This document shows, in pieces, positions 9,021-18,164 of a stretch of DNA of 64,000 nucleotides. The position numbers and the translations under genes are program-made. The stretch lies in IMG/VR virus record IMGVR_UViG_3300048930_000155, positions 1-64,000 of that record; one strand, 5' to 3'. How positions within the stretch are numbered: the stretch's first letter is position 1; every line of letters starts with the position of its first letter. The notes under the pieces are model-generated. The model did no database searches and was not told the DNA's origin. It was given only the letters and a program-made list of their open reading frames with translations. This stretch comes from an uncultured virus (IMG/VR IMGVR_UViG_3300048930_000155) (lineage: Duplodnaviria; Heunggongvirae; Uroviricota; Caudoviricetes).

Positions 9021-9200
9021 CTATTCAACGCTTTCTCTAATTAAATCACATCGCTGATCGACTAAAGAACGATCAAGACACATTTCCTCTACGGCCCGAC
9101 GCTGAATGTTACCTAATAGGTGTGCGCCCAGTCCTACAACTGCCGCCATTAGTAATAAAATCATGAAGATAGCCATAATAGCATCCTTAAGTACTTGCAT
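9021..9200 (-). CDS. Small membrane protein
   Basis: Hydrophobic helix; start MQVLK is 7 nt after TTTACT-17-TATAAT. Confidence 0.6.
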   Translation of the reverse strand: MQVLKDAIMAIFMILLLMAAVVGLGAHLLGNIQRRAVEEMCLDRSLVDQRCDLIRESVE

Positions 9201-9273
9201 AGACTCCATTATAGCAGCAAGCATCGCTCAAGTAAAGTAGATATTTTGATCATAATGTGCTAATAATAAGAAT

Positions 9274-9951
9274 ATGAGTCAATTTATTGCAATTATTATG
9301 GTAATAATGGTCTGGGCGATGCCATCTGAAGCCAAGAACAAATATAAGCAGACAATGAAACGCCAAAAACTAAAGTCAGCTCAGGAGTTGCAGGATAAGG
9401 GGCCTATCTCAGAAGAAGACGCGCTGTTATACCCGCTATCTGGCGTAGAGTCGTCTTATGGAACTGATTTAGATCATAAGACTATGAAGACGGGAATACA
9501 TGCCGGTACGGCGGCGCAAGGCCCGTTGGGAATGATGCCACTAACTTTTAAGGACGTCGCTAATAGAGTTCGATTACGCAAAGAAGAGCTAGGCCTAGCC
9601 CCCGATTTTGAAGGTGACCCAGAAATAGAACAATGGGCCAGGCATCCTAATATTGATGAAGTAGCGTTCGCTATGCGCGAATTCCCTGATATGACTCAAA
9701 GAGCTGCCAGATACTTAGAGCGACACCTAGAACATAGATTTCCAGGAGACGAGAATCTTGCTAAAAGAGCGTTTATGTGGAATCAAGGCCACGCAATGAA
9801 GGATTCTAAAATTCCCAGTGATGCTACAATAGAAAAGCACGATTATACTAAGAAGTTTCGTCGCGAAAGTGCTAGAAGATTCAAGAAATTAGAGGAAGCT
9901 GCTAGAAAAGCCAAGGCGTCAGACCCTAGTAGTTCAGATAGTATTCCTTAG
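9274..9951 (+). CDS. Lysozyme-like / lytic transglycosylase-fold protein
   Basis: Motifs VESS (catalytic Glu), AQGPLGMMPLT, AFMWNQG. Confidence 0.6.
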   Translation: MSQFIAIIMVIMVWAMPSEAKNKYKQTMKRQKLKSAQELQDKGPISEEDALLYPLSGVESSYGTDLDHKTMKTGIHAGTAAQGPLGMMPLTFKDVANRVRLRKEELGLAPDFEGDPEIEQWARHPNIDEVAFAMREFPDMTQRAARYLERHLEHRFPGDENLAKRAFMWNQGHAMKDSKIPSDATIEKHDYTKKFRRESARRFKKLEEAARKAKASDPSSSDSIP

Positions 9952-10174
9952 CTTGTAGCAAGCCCCACTCCCGCCTATTAAGGCGCCTAACTTTACTGCA
10001 GTCAAAAGAGTTAATAGCTAGATGGGGCTCAAAACCACTTACTAGATATACGTTACTATTAACCTCCCCAACGTCCGGTAAATTTGATGTATTTTCTCGG
10101 TATTGTATGAGTTCTTCCATATATCTAACTAGGGCCATATTTTCCGGATAATCAATAGGCTTACTCATTATCAA
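9926..10174 (-). CDS. Hypothetical protein
   Basis: ORF coupled to the AAA ATPase. Confidence 0.6.
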   Translation of the reverse strand: MIMSKPIDYPENMALVRYMEELIQYRENTSNLPDVGEVNSNVYLVSGFEPHLAINSFDCSKVRRLNRREWGLLQAKEYYLNY

Positions 10175-11138
10175 TCCCTAAACTTCGTCTGGATGAGAAT
10201 TTTTTAGCAGCTTTTGCACTTTTATCGTAAATAAGATCGATGCTATTTTGCAGCGTAATATCGTAAAGTTTGGACCTAACTACAATTTCTTTTATATGTG
10301 CTGCAGATAGTTTAGAGTACTTATCTTTTTTAATCTGAAGCATAGCCTCTTCGTTAGCAGCCCCTGCCATAAAGAAGTTAAGTAACGCTGCCCTAAACTC
10401 TGGATTTGGCGGCTTGACTTCAATTACATCGTCGAATCTTTGAGGTCTATTGGTCAGATTCTCTAAGAACATTTCCGGAAAGTTAGTGGTGGCTAGGATA
10501 ACCGTAGGAACTTTAAACGTGCGCTCTACGTTATCTAATAGCGCTAGTAAGGATGATTCGGACGGTCTGTAAGCGTCAGCAGACTCTACTCCGCCAAGAT
10601 CTTCAATTATCAGAAAGAAACGCTTAATCCCGTGAGTCTCGTAATCAAAAGAGTTCAGGAACGTCTTTACTACGCTAGCCTCGTACTTGTCAGTTGGCCA
10701 TAACACAATAGCCGTATCATTACTAGCGACATATTTATTACACACTTTTGCTATTACTGTACTTTTGCCGCAACCTGGGGGGCCGTATAATAGAAATGAT
10801 CGTTTAGGGTCGATTTTAAGCTCTTCGTAAATATTGAGGCGATTAAAAAATACCTCAACCCCGCGCTCCACTGCCATAACCTCTACGTACTGGTCTAGTA
10901 TATCCTGCGAGGTAAATTCCGTAGGGACTAGTGATAAAGCCTGATCTACTATAGCCATAGTAAATAGACCGGGCAAAACGGGAGTTTTCTTAAACTTAGC
11001 GCCCTCGTCCGTTTTAAATCCAAACTGCATTAACTTATTATTAGTCGATAATATGGTGAAATCAGCTTCTTGAATCTCAGCCCCAAGCTCCATCGTGCTG
11101 AAATCTGCAATATTCTTAAGTATGAATTTTCCTGCCAT
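10161..11138 (-). CDS. AAA+ ATPase
   Basis: Walker A GPPGCGKS, Walker B LIIED, ATTN sensor, RPQRFD second region of homology. Confidence 0.92.
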   Translation of the reverse strand: MAGKFILKNIADFSTMELGAEIQEADFTILSTNNKLMQFGFKTDEGAKFKKTPVLPGLFTMAIVDQALSLVPTEFTSQDILDQYVEVMAVERGVEVFFNRLNIYEELKIDPKRSFLLYGPPGCGKSTVIAKVCNKYVASNDTAIVLWPTDKYEASVVKTFLNSFDYETHGIKRFFLIIEDLGGVESADAYRPSESSLLALLDNVERTFKVPTVILATTNFPEMFLENLTNRPQRFDDVIEVKPPNPEFRAALLNFFMAGAANEEAMLQIKKDKYSKLSAAHIKEIVVRSKLYDITLQNSIDLIYDKSAKAAKKFSSRRSLGIDNE

Positions 11139-11202
11139 TTAGTTATAATAACGCATACTTATAATATTTACAAGCTATAAACAAATATTAGTAGGCAATA
11201 AT

Positions 11203-11397
11203 ATGGACTTTATTACTAAACCTAAACTCTTAAAGGGCGTATCTGTGGACAGTGGTCCTCGTATTAAGAAGTTCAAATCGACTATTCGTATTAACGGTAA
11301 GCTAAAGCATTTAGGTTACTATAAAACTGAACAAGAAGCTCACGATGCTTATGTAAAAGCTAAGTCGGAGTTAGACTCTGCTCAAAAGGATAGTTAA
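11203..11397 (+). CDS. Stand-alone AP2-like DNA-binding domain protein
   Basis: KGV...IRINGKLKHLGYYKTEQEAHDAY, the AP2 motif usually fused to HNH endonucleases. Confidence 0.75.
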   Translation: MDFITKPKLLKGVSVDSGPRIKKFKSTIRINGKLKHLGYYKTEQEAHDAYVKAKSELDSAQKDS

Positions 11398-12476
11398 TGA
11401 CTAAAAAAGAACAAGAAGCCGCTATCTTAAGAATGCTTAGCGAAGCTAAACTAAATCAAGATTCTGCTATAGCACCTATGACTGACGAAGATATGCGTCA
11501 ACTTAGATCAAGGCGAATGACTGACGAAGATATGCGCCAACTGAGTGGCGCTACTAAACAGAGTGCCGGTAACTGGAGCGGACTTAAGAAGCTCATTATG
11601 GGCGACGAGGCTGTTACTGATGCGCCTTCTGGGGTACTAGAGCACTTAGACGCTTATACTGGCGCTCCTGCTAGATCTGCTATCTCTAAGCTGCAAGACG
11701 ACTTTACTGACCTTCCAGGCGCAGCTAGAGCTTATGCTGAGCAGTTTGGGGAAAAGCCTACTAAAGCTCCATCAGGCGCTGATCTCGCTAAGAAAATGCA
11801 GTTAGAAGGTATTCCGGCTGCTGTAGCCGGCACTGCACTAGAGTTGGCCGCAGATCCTAGCTCCGCTATTACTGGCGGACTTAAATTAGCTAGCGTGCCA
11901 CTTATTGGATTAAAGGCGCTTAAGGCCGTTGATGCTGCTGGCGACGCTGCTAAAGTGGTAAAGGGTGTAGATACTGCAGCCGACGCTGCTAGAGCCGTTA
12001 AAGCCGCAGAAACAGCCGCTAGTGCTGCTAAGACTGCCGGAACTGCAGAAGATGCCGCTAGAGCCATTAAAGCCGCCGACACGATGCAAGCATTATCCAC
12101 AAAGCCAATGAGCGCTTCTGAGCAGTTAATTGCCTCAGCTAAGGCTAAAAGAGCTGAGGAGCTAGCTCAAAAAATTAAGATGGCCGAAGAGGCTAAAAAA
12201 GAAGCGGGACTTGAGAAGCTTTGGAGAGAGACAGTTGGGGAATCTGCTGCGGCTGCTCAACAAGGTCCCGTACTGCCGGCTAAGCCCACTAGACCAACTT
12301 CACTGGCTGAGACTAAAGCACGTACAGATACCGTGTTTGACGAAATTAAAGGTACTAGTACTGCGGATGCTATCAGAAACTCCAAGCTTAATCCTGTAGC
12401 TGGTAAGCACGGTGGGATTATATTCGCAGATGATAGTGCAAGATTACAAAGACTCCGTTCTAAGTTCAAAAAATAA
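11397..12476 (+). CDS. Ala-rich hypothetical protein, possible internal virion protein
   Basis: Long ORF; duplicated MTDEDMRQL; ADAARAVKAA-type repeats. Confidence 0.7.
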   Translation: MTKKEQEAAILRMLSEAKLNQDSAIAPMTDEDMRQLRSRRMTDEDMRQLSGATKQSAGNWSGLKKLIMGDEAVTDAPSGVLEHLDAYTGAPARSAISKLQDDFTDLPGAARAYAEQFGEKPTKAPSGADLAKKMQLEGIPAAVAGTALELAADPSSAITGGLKLASVPLIGLKALKAVDAAGDAAKVVKGVDTAADAARAVKAAETAASAAKTAGTAEDAARAIKAADTMQALSTKPMSASEQLIASAKAKRAEELAQKIKMAEEAKKEAGLEKLWRETVGESAAAAQQGPVLPAKPTRPTSLAETKARTDTVFDEIKGTSTADAIRNSKLNPVAGKHGGIIFADDSARLQRLRSKFKK

Positions 12477-12520
12477 GGCAATCTAGCGTGGCCGCGAATA
12501 ATATAGCTAATCTCGAGGGA

Positions 12521-12649
12521 ATGTATAAAGAGATTCAAGGCGGAGTATCATCAGATAAGCGCCGTAAGACGCCTTTTCAAAAACTAATGACTAAGTTTAA
12601 GAAAAAAGTGAAAGAAAAGCTACCAAAGCCCGAGACACCGCGTAAGTAA
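12521..12649 (+). CDS. Small basic peptide (not in the ORF track)
   Basis: MYKEIQGG...FQKLMTKFKKKVKEKLPKPETPRK*; may start at GTG 12488. Confidence 0.45.
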   Translation: MYKEIQGGVSSDKRRKTPFQKLMTKFKKKVKEKLPKPETPRK

Positions 12650-12706
12650 ATAGACCTAGTACAAATAAATACACTAATATCATTATACTAGCAAACTTAA
12701 TCTCGT

Positions 12707-13219
12707 TCATTTGCCGATCTCCTCATTATACTTACTAACAGCAGTTCCGTCTAAGTATTTACCTGAATATTTCTGAGTAGATTCCGTAACTTTAAAGAAT
12801 ACTAACTGACTAAGTGACATGCCTCTGTAGATTTTTACTGGCTGCTGCACGGATATAGCCATAGTCCACTGGCCGCTGTAACCATTATCGCCAAGTCCGC
12901 CATCGCTAGTCACTGAGATGCCTAATCTAGCTGCACTAGAACGCCCATAGAGGATAGCTACTACTCCGTCAGTAGCCACTACCTCCTGGGACTTCACTAG
13001 GTATACCCTTCCTGGGTACAAGATATAAGGCTCTGCACCTATCTTTGTAACGTAAGTAGTTGGCTTAGCTTTAGGGTCTAAGATCGGATCGGAAAGCTCT
13101 GTAACCTCATCAGATATTGACAAGTTGTACGAGTTGGGCCCTAAATTATCCACATTAAAGCTAGATATTTTAATATTGCCGGAGCTAATGTTTTCCAGTA
13201 TCTCAGACGCAACTAGCAT
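12707..13219 (-). CDS. dcd: dCTP deaminase
   Basis: GPNSYNL, GRSSAARLG, GDNGYSG, QLVFF, YSGKY; start corrected to MLVASEI. Confidence 0.88.
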   Translation of the reverse strand: MLVASEILENISSGNIKISSFNVDNLGPNSYNLSISDEVTELSDPILDPKAKPTTYVTKIGAEPYILYPGRVYLVKSQEVVATDGVVAILYGRSSAARLGISVTSDGGLGDNGYSGQWTMAISVQQPVKIYRGMSLSQLVFFKVTESTQKYSGKYLDGTAVSKYNEEIGK

Positions 13220-13220
13220 T

Positions 13221-13523
13221 TTATTCCTCGCTCTTGGCAGCAGCAGCAGCAGCGGCCTTCGCAGCGTCGATAGCAGCATTACGAGCCTGCTCAGCTTCGA
13301 ATTCATCCATCTTTTCCAAGAGAAGCTTAATTCTTCGATCTTGCTCAGCCAGTGGCAGTTTAAGAATTCCTTTTACGAATCTCTTATGATTATTGACTAA
13401 TTCGTACTTAGTTTCTTTACTAACTAAGCTTTTAGGTTGAATTGTAATTAGCGGCTCGTCTTGCATGCCCAGGCGAGTAGCGATTTCACTAAGAATAGCT
13501 TTATTTTTTGAATTCTTTTTCAT
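13221..13523 (-). CDS. Hypothetical protein
   Basis: ORF in operon. Confidence 0.7.
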   Translation of the reverse strand: MKKNSKNKAILSEIATRLGMQDEPLITIQPKSLVSKETKYELVNNHKRFVKGILKLPLAEQDRRIKLLLEKMDEFEAEQARNAAIDAAKAAAAAAAKSEE

Positions 13524-13755
13524 ACTGCTCCACTACCTTTCGCTGTAGACCTAGATCTCTCCTAAGTGCGGCTCTACCCTCTGCTGAAGCTTTGGCGTAC
13601 ATGACAATCATACCTGCCGTATCGCTCAAAACCTCTGATACTGTACTGGCCACCGTATACTTAGCAATTTCCTCAGAAGCTTCGTCTAAAGCATTTAATG
13701 TCTTTTCTACCACTTCGTATGCGTTAATAGATAATTTAACCGCTTCTTTATTCAT
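13501..13755 (-). CDS. Hypothetical protein
   Basis: ORF with overlapping start/stop. Confidence 0.7.
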   Translation of the reverse strand: MNKEAVKLSINAYEVVEKTLNALDEASEEIAKYTVASTVSEVLSDTAGMIVMYAKASAEGRAALRRDLGLQRKVVEQYEKEFKK

Positions 13756-13949
13756 TTTACCGCCTTTCTGACTACATGTCTACCTGCAATCATTAATCCC
13801 CCTGCCACTACAAATTCTACTATAGCGAAGTAGGGACTTCCTACGGATAAGCTATAGAACCCGAGCCCCATAGACACGTATCCGCATAGAATCATAAAGA
13901 TTCCAGTAAGAGCATCTTTAAATTGCTGATCTAAATCTCTTTTTGTCAT
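13752..13949 (-). CDS. Small two-TM membrane protein
   Basis: Two hydrophobic helices. Confidence 0.65.
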   Translation of the reverse strand: MTKRDLDQQFKDALTGIFMILCGYVSMGLGFYSLSVGSPYFAIVEFVVAGGLMIAGRHVVRKAVK

Positions 13950-13950
13950 A

Positions 13951-14706
13951 TTATAAATTACGTAAAAATTTTACTAATTCTTTTCTAGAAATAACAACGC
14001 CCCATCCCAGCTCATCGCCGGCAAACAGTACGCCCACTACGTTACCGAAAAAATTTACTACAGGAGACCCAGAAGATCCGCCCCTAACTGGTATGTTAGT
14101 AAGGCCTGCGTCTCGCACAAGCTGGGTGCACAGGGGACCGGAGATTGTTTGCTCGGTTTTATACATTCCGCGCTCTAGCTTACATGGGCCAGGGCGAACT
14201 AACACAGCCACTTGCTCATAACCAACAATTTCACCCAAAGTAAGTGTCAGTGGTTGAAGTTTAGGATGCCCGAGAATTCCCACAGTCTCCCCAAGCTCTA
14301 CTCCACCTGATACAGTAAGACCTTCAATATTCGTAGGATTAGATAAGGCACATAAATCTGTAACAATTGACACTTTTACCCGGGTAAATCTGATGCGCTT
14401 ACCATTAACATCCCTGGAATAAAGATATGAGCCGGGAATATTACACACATGTGCGTTAGTTATAATATAAGTCCTACCAGACGCAGCTTTAAGGGCAAAT
14501 CCTGTTCCACCGCTATTCTCTGCTAAGTTAGTAAGTCGTACTACCTTAGCGCCTACGGTAGACCTAATGTACGAGTTATGAAGCCCTGGAGCCAATGCCC
14601 CCAGGAGCACTACTACCCCTGTAAACAGCGCCATACCTGACAGCACTGCAGCTACCTTGAGTTTAATTCTTAAACTCCTTTTAATTGTGGTACGAATATT
14701 CGACAT
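13951..14706 (-). CDS. Membrane-anchored trypsin-like (S1) serine protease
   Basis: GGTGF, ITNAHVC (His), TDL (Asp), GGSSGSP (Ser); N-terminal TM; start corrected to MSNIR behind AAGGA. Confidence 0.9.
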   Translation of the reverse strand: MSNIRTTIKRSLRIKLKVAAVLSGMALFTGVVVLLGALAPGLHNSYIRSTVGAKVVRLTNLAENSGGTGFALKAASGRTYIITNAHVCNIPGSYLYSRDVNGKRIRFTRVKVSIVTDLCALSNPTNIEGLTVSGGVELGETVGILGHPKLQPLTLTLGEIVGYEQVAVLVRPGPCKLERGMYKTEQTISGPLCTQLVRDAGLTNIPVRGGSSGSPVVNFFGNVVGVLFAGDELGWGVVISRKELVKFLRNL

Positions 14707-14750
14707 AATTCCTTTCTTGTCTGCTAGAGTGTTAATAATACCACACGTAT

Positions 14751-14779
14751 TTGACAAGCGCAAGATCTAATGCTATATT
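14751..14779 (+). promoter_or_regulatory. Sigma-70-type promoter
   Basis: TTGACA-17-TATATT with TG extension. Confidence 0.6.
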
Positions 14780-15075
14780 TCAAATTACAGACCTCCTACT
14801 GGGGAGGGGGGAGTACTAATATAGGACTATATATAGTACATAGTATAGTACGCACTATATACGTCTACAATGACATCTTAGGATGTCTGTACATCCTGAG
14901 ACCTTTAAACGAAAGTGTGAAATCTAATAATGTACAAGGGTACATACACGTATCCTTAAATCAGGCGCAGTCTCTATCGTTGCGAAGCCCATAAAGCTTT
15001 CGCGCTTTCTGGGCGGTATAATCATCGTGTAAGCTTAGTGAACGTTTTGCACAACTCTAGGCCTGTCCTGGATTT

Positions 15076-15103
15076 ATTATACACCAAAAATCAATCTTGT
15101 CAA
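15076..15103 (-). promoter_or_regulatory. Sigma-70-type promoter
   Basis: TTGACA-16-TATAAT on the minus strand. Confidence 0.6.
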
Positions 15104-15127
15104 GTAAAATCGTAAAAGCGTATTAAT

Positions 15128-15156
15128 TTGACTATCATATGAAAAGCGTATATAAT
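15128..15156 (+). promoter_or_regulatory. Sigma-70-type promoter
   Basis: TTGACT-17-TATAAT, 6 nt before ATG 15163. Confidence 0.7.
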
Positions 15157-15162
15157 ATCTAT

Positions 15163-15489
15163 ATGGAAGGTATATCTGGAGTACACGTAAACTACGGAGT
15201 AGTTCTAAATCTTATGCAGGCTGTAAGGGCATTTTCTGAGGACGTTATGTCAGACGACCCTTTCGTTAGGCAGAAATCTATCATGATTGTTGAGCTTTTA
15301 TTTAGTTCTATTAGAGAAGTGCTATCGGCTGCCGCGATGGCCGAGACACCAGAGAATAAGCAGCTTGTGCGCAAGGAACTTGAGAATACTATTAAAGAGA
15401 TTCAAAATAGTATAGCTAAGACAGTAGACCCTAATAAGGTTATAAAGTTTCCTGGTACTAATAGCGATGGATCTACTCCACAGGCTTGA
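15163..15489 (+). CDS. Hypothetical protein, probably leaderless
   Basis: Start moved to MEGISG because ATG 15139 lies inside the promoter. Confidence 0.7.
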   Translation: MEGISGVHVNYGVVLNLMQAVRAFSEDVMSDDPFVRQKSIMIVELLFSSIREVLSAAAMAETPENKQLVRKELENTIKEIQNSIAKTVDPNKVIKFPGTNSDGSTPQA

Positions 15490-15664
15490 AACAAATATAA
15501 GTATAGGATTTTAGGGTCAAGACAGACAGCCTTAAATAAGGCAAGTGCTTAAAAATAAGCGAAAACGAGCTGCAACGACCAATCTTATTTTTATTTACAA
15601 CCTACCGACGATTATCGTTGATGGTTTACTATAAACCTACCATTAGGCGGTTTAAGGAGAATAA

Positions 15665-15937
15665 ATGACTAAGCTAGAAGAACTTACTAAAAAGACTGAG
15701 GGCCTGAATAAGGCACTGTCAGAGCTTAACGACTACCGTAATGCCGTTAAAGCCGCAACATTTCCTGGAAAGTCTATCGAGGACGCCGCTAAGCTCCTCA
15801 AATTCCTTAATGACAACTACACCTCTCTTCATGCGCAATTTATGAAGAGTGTCGAAGAGGGACTAGAGCTTGAGAAGCAAGCTGAGGCCGAGTCTAAGCT
15901 TCAAGTAGAAGCCGACGCTTCTTCCGATAAGAGCTAA
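15665..15937 (+). CDS. Hypothetical protein, first gene of the late block
   Basis: TAAGGAG SD. Confidence 0.8.
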   Translation: MTKLEELTKKTEGLNKALSELNDYRNAVKAATFPGKSIEDAAKLLKFLNDNYTSLHAQFMKSVEEGLELEKQAEAESKLQVEADASSDKS

Positions 15938-15939
15938 GT

Positions 15940-16218
15940 ATGAAGCATTTAAGCACTGGCAAATTAGCGGCACTCGTTGCCGTAATACACAGTATTATAG
16001 TTGCTCCATCAGTATACATGACAGTTATTGCAGCAGTAGGCCTTATTTCAGACGTAGTGCAGGAATATATGTCTAGCCGTAAAGAGTTATTGTCCAGTCA
16101 AACTAAAATGGACGCGCTTTCTAAGAAGATGGCCGAGTTTGAGGAGCAGCAGGCAGCTAAACTAGCTAGCATTGAAGCTAAGATGGCAGGCTTTGGGATA
16201 ACACGTAGAAATGTTTAA
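15940..16218 (+). CDS. Membrane protein with coiled coil
   Basis: Hydrophobic N-half, coiled-coil C-half. Confidence 0.7.
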   Translation: MKHLSTGKLAALVAVIHSIIVAPSVYMTVIAAVGLISDVVQEYMSSRKELLSSQTKMDALSKKMAEFEEQQAAKLASIEAKMAGFGITRRNV

Positions 16219-16420
16219 GTACAGTAAGGGCGCCTCTAAATTGCGCGAGCACATAAGACAGCACAGCGCCGTAGCATCAGCTACTGAAAAACTTAATAAC
16301 AAGATCAGACAATTAGAGTCGGATATTTGTAAGCTGGAAGCAGAGAAATTAGTACTAGAGCAAAGGATAGCTCGTTATGAAAAAGAAACTAGTAAAGCCA
16401 AAACAAGAACTCGTAATTGA
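16211..16420 (+). CDS. Hypothetical coiled-coil protein
   Basis: Overlapping ORF in operon. Confidence 0.6.
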   Translation: MFKYSKGASKLREHIRQHSAVASATEKLNNKIRQLESDICKLEAEKLVLEQRIARYEKETSKAKTRTRN

Positions 16421-16706
16421 AGAGATCAGGCATTTCCAAGAGATAGCTGAGGTGCAATTAGAGCGCCTTAGAGCTATTTCTAGAGATCGTTTACTAACAT
16501 TTGAAGAAACTAAGATCTTTGATTTACTGACTAAAAACCTTCTTCTAAGCGAGAAAGCCTCTGGAGATATAGAAGGTCAGTCAGAAAAGGTAGAGGCCGT
16601 ATCTACTACGGAACTTATTCAAATAGCGCAGGCTGCGCAGGAGTTCTTTGAAGTTAAGAACGAAGTCAAGGAAGACTTAGATGTCAAGAAAACGCCCTCC
16701 AACTAA
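16377..16706 (+). CDS. Hypothetical protein, possible terminase small subunit
   Basis: Immediately upstream of and overlapping terL; function inferred from position only. Confidence 0.5.
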   Translation: MKKKLVKPKQELVIEEIRHFQEIAEVQLERLRAISRDRLLTFEETKIFDLLTKNLLLSEKASGDIEGQSEKVEAVSTTELIQIAQAAQEFFEVKNEVKEDLDVKKTPSN

Positions 16707-18150
16707 GGCAGAAGCTATAGACACGCTTTGGCGTATCGGAGAGCTTTCCTGGAAATTGGACTCATGTCAAAAAAAACTATATGAGAAGTTCAAGACATCT
16801 AAGTACAGAAAAGTAGTGTGGAACGCTAGCCGAAGGATCGGCAAAAGCTACTCACTGCTAATAGTGGCGCTGGAGTATGCACTAAAGAACCCTAATACTC
16901 AAATTAAGTATGCTACATTCACAGCGGTAGCCGGCCAGAAAATTATCCTCCCCACCATCCGTAGTATTTTAGAAGACTGTCCAAAAGACATTAAACCAGA
17001 CTATGTCAGGGCTGACAAATGCTTCTACTTTAAGAACGGATCAATAATCCAGATCGAAGGTACTGATGAAGGCAATGCTGAGAAGTTAAGAGGAACTGCC
17101 AGTCACCTAAGCATCCTAGATGAGGCAGGATTCATGGACGATCTCAACTATGTTATAAACGACATCCTCCTGCCGCAAGCACTTACGACCAACGGTAAGC
17201 TATTAATAGCATCAACTCCGCCAAAGAGTCCGGCGCACCCATTTGCAGATCTCGTAAAAGAAACTGAAAAGCACGACGCTTATATAAAGAAGACAATCGT
17301 CGACGCTATGGAAGATATTAAGAACGATCCTCCACACATGAAGTCTAGGCTAAACCCAGACATCGTTAATGAGCTAAAAGAGGCCAGCGGCGGAGAGAAC
17401 TCTACTACATGGAAGCGCGAGTTTCTTTGTCAGCTAGAAATTGACGCTACTAGAGCCGTAATACCTGAGTTTAATGATGATCTGGCATCGAGGGTAATTA
17501 AAACTTGGGTTAGGCCAGCGCATTACGACGCATATACCAGTCTAGACTTAGGCTTTGTAGATTATACTGCAGCTTTATTTGCATACTATGATTTTAGAGA
17601 GAATAAGCTTGTAATAGAAGATGAAATGTGGATGAACGGGCAAGAAGTTACAGTAAAAAATCTAGCTAATAAAGTAAAAGAGAAGGAGGCATCCCTATGG
17701 ATAGACCCCATCTCCAAAGAATCAAAGCCAGCGTACTTAAGAGTATCCGACGACGACCTAATAACACTAAACGACCTCCAAAGACAGCACGGACTCATAT
17801 TTATTCCAACTAGAAAAGATAACCGCGAAGCAGCCATTAACGACGTGCGAATTCGCCTAGCTGACGAGAATATTATCATTAACCCAAAATGCGCGAATCT
17901 AATATACCAGCTTAAATCAGCAACTTGGAGTAAGAACCGCAAGACATTTGAACGAACTGACCAGGGCGGTCACCAGGATTTACTAGCTGCGCTAATTTAC
18001 TTAGTTAGAAATGTACAGTGGCATAAAAATCCATACCCCACTGAAAGATCGCTACAAGCGTTCAATATGTTCGGTAAAAGCGCGGATTACTTGAGTTCTA
18101 CCGCCCAAGCCGTCAAGAGCATGTTCGTTAAAAACAAGATAAACAAATAA
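16681..18150 (+). CDS. terL: Terminase large subunit
   Basis: SRRIGKS Walker A, LRG, ILDEAG Walker B, ASTP motif, DLG nuclease motif, H.D near the C-terminus. Confidence 0.93.
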   Translation: MSRKRPPTKAEAIDTLWRIGELSWKLDSCQKKLYEKFKTSKYRKVVWNASRRIGKSYSLLIVALEYALKNPNTQIKYATFTAVAGQKIILPTIRSILEDCPKDIKPDYVRADKCFYFKNGSIIQIEGTDEGNAEKLRGTASHLSILDEAGFMDDLNYVINDILLPQALTTNGKLLIASTPPKSPAHPFADLVKETEKHDAYIKKTIVDAMEDIKNDPPHMKSRLNPDIVNELKEASGGENSTTWKREFLCQLEIDATRAVIPEFNDDLASRVIKTWVRPAHYDAYTSLDLGFVDYTAALFAYYDFRENKLVIEDEMWMNGQEVTVKNLANKVKEKEASLWIDPISKESKPAYLRVSDDDLITLNDLQRQHGLIFIPTRKDNREAAINDVRIRLADENIIINPKCANLIYQLKSATWSKNRKTFERTDQGGHQDLLAALIYLVRNVQWHKNPYPTERSLQAFNMFGKSADYLSSTAQAVKSMFVKNKINK

Positions 18151-18164
18151 AGGTAGGCAATAAT

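Noticed and set aside
10161..11138. AAA ATPase as the sigma-54 activator
   Set aside because: It lacks the GAFTGA loop and an HTH; its motifs are those of classical AAA proteins.
14770..14994. 74-aa ORF as a gene
   Set aside because: Its ATG lies inside the promoter, it has no SD, and the region is dominated by hairpins and TA-rich repeats.
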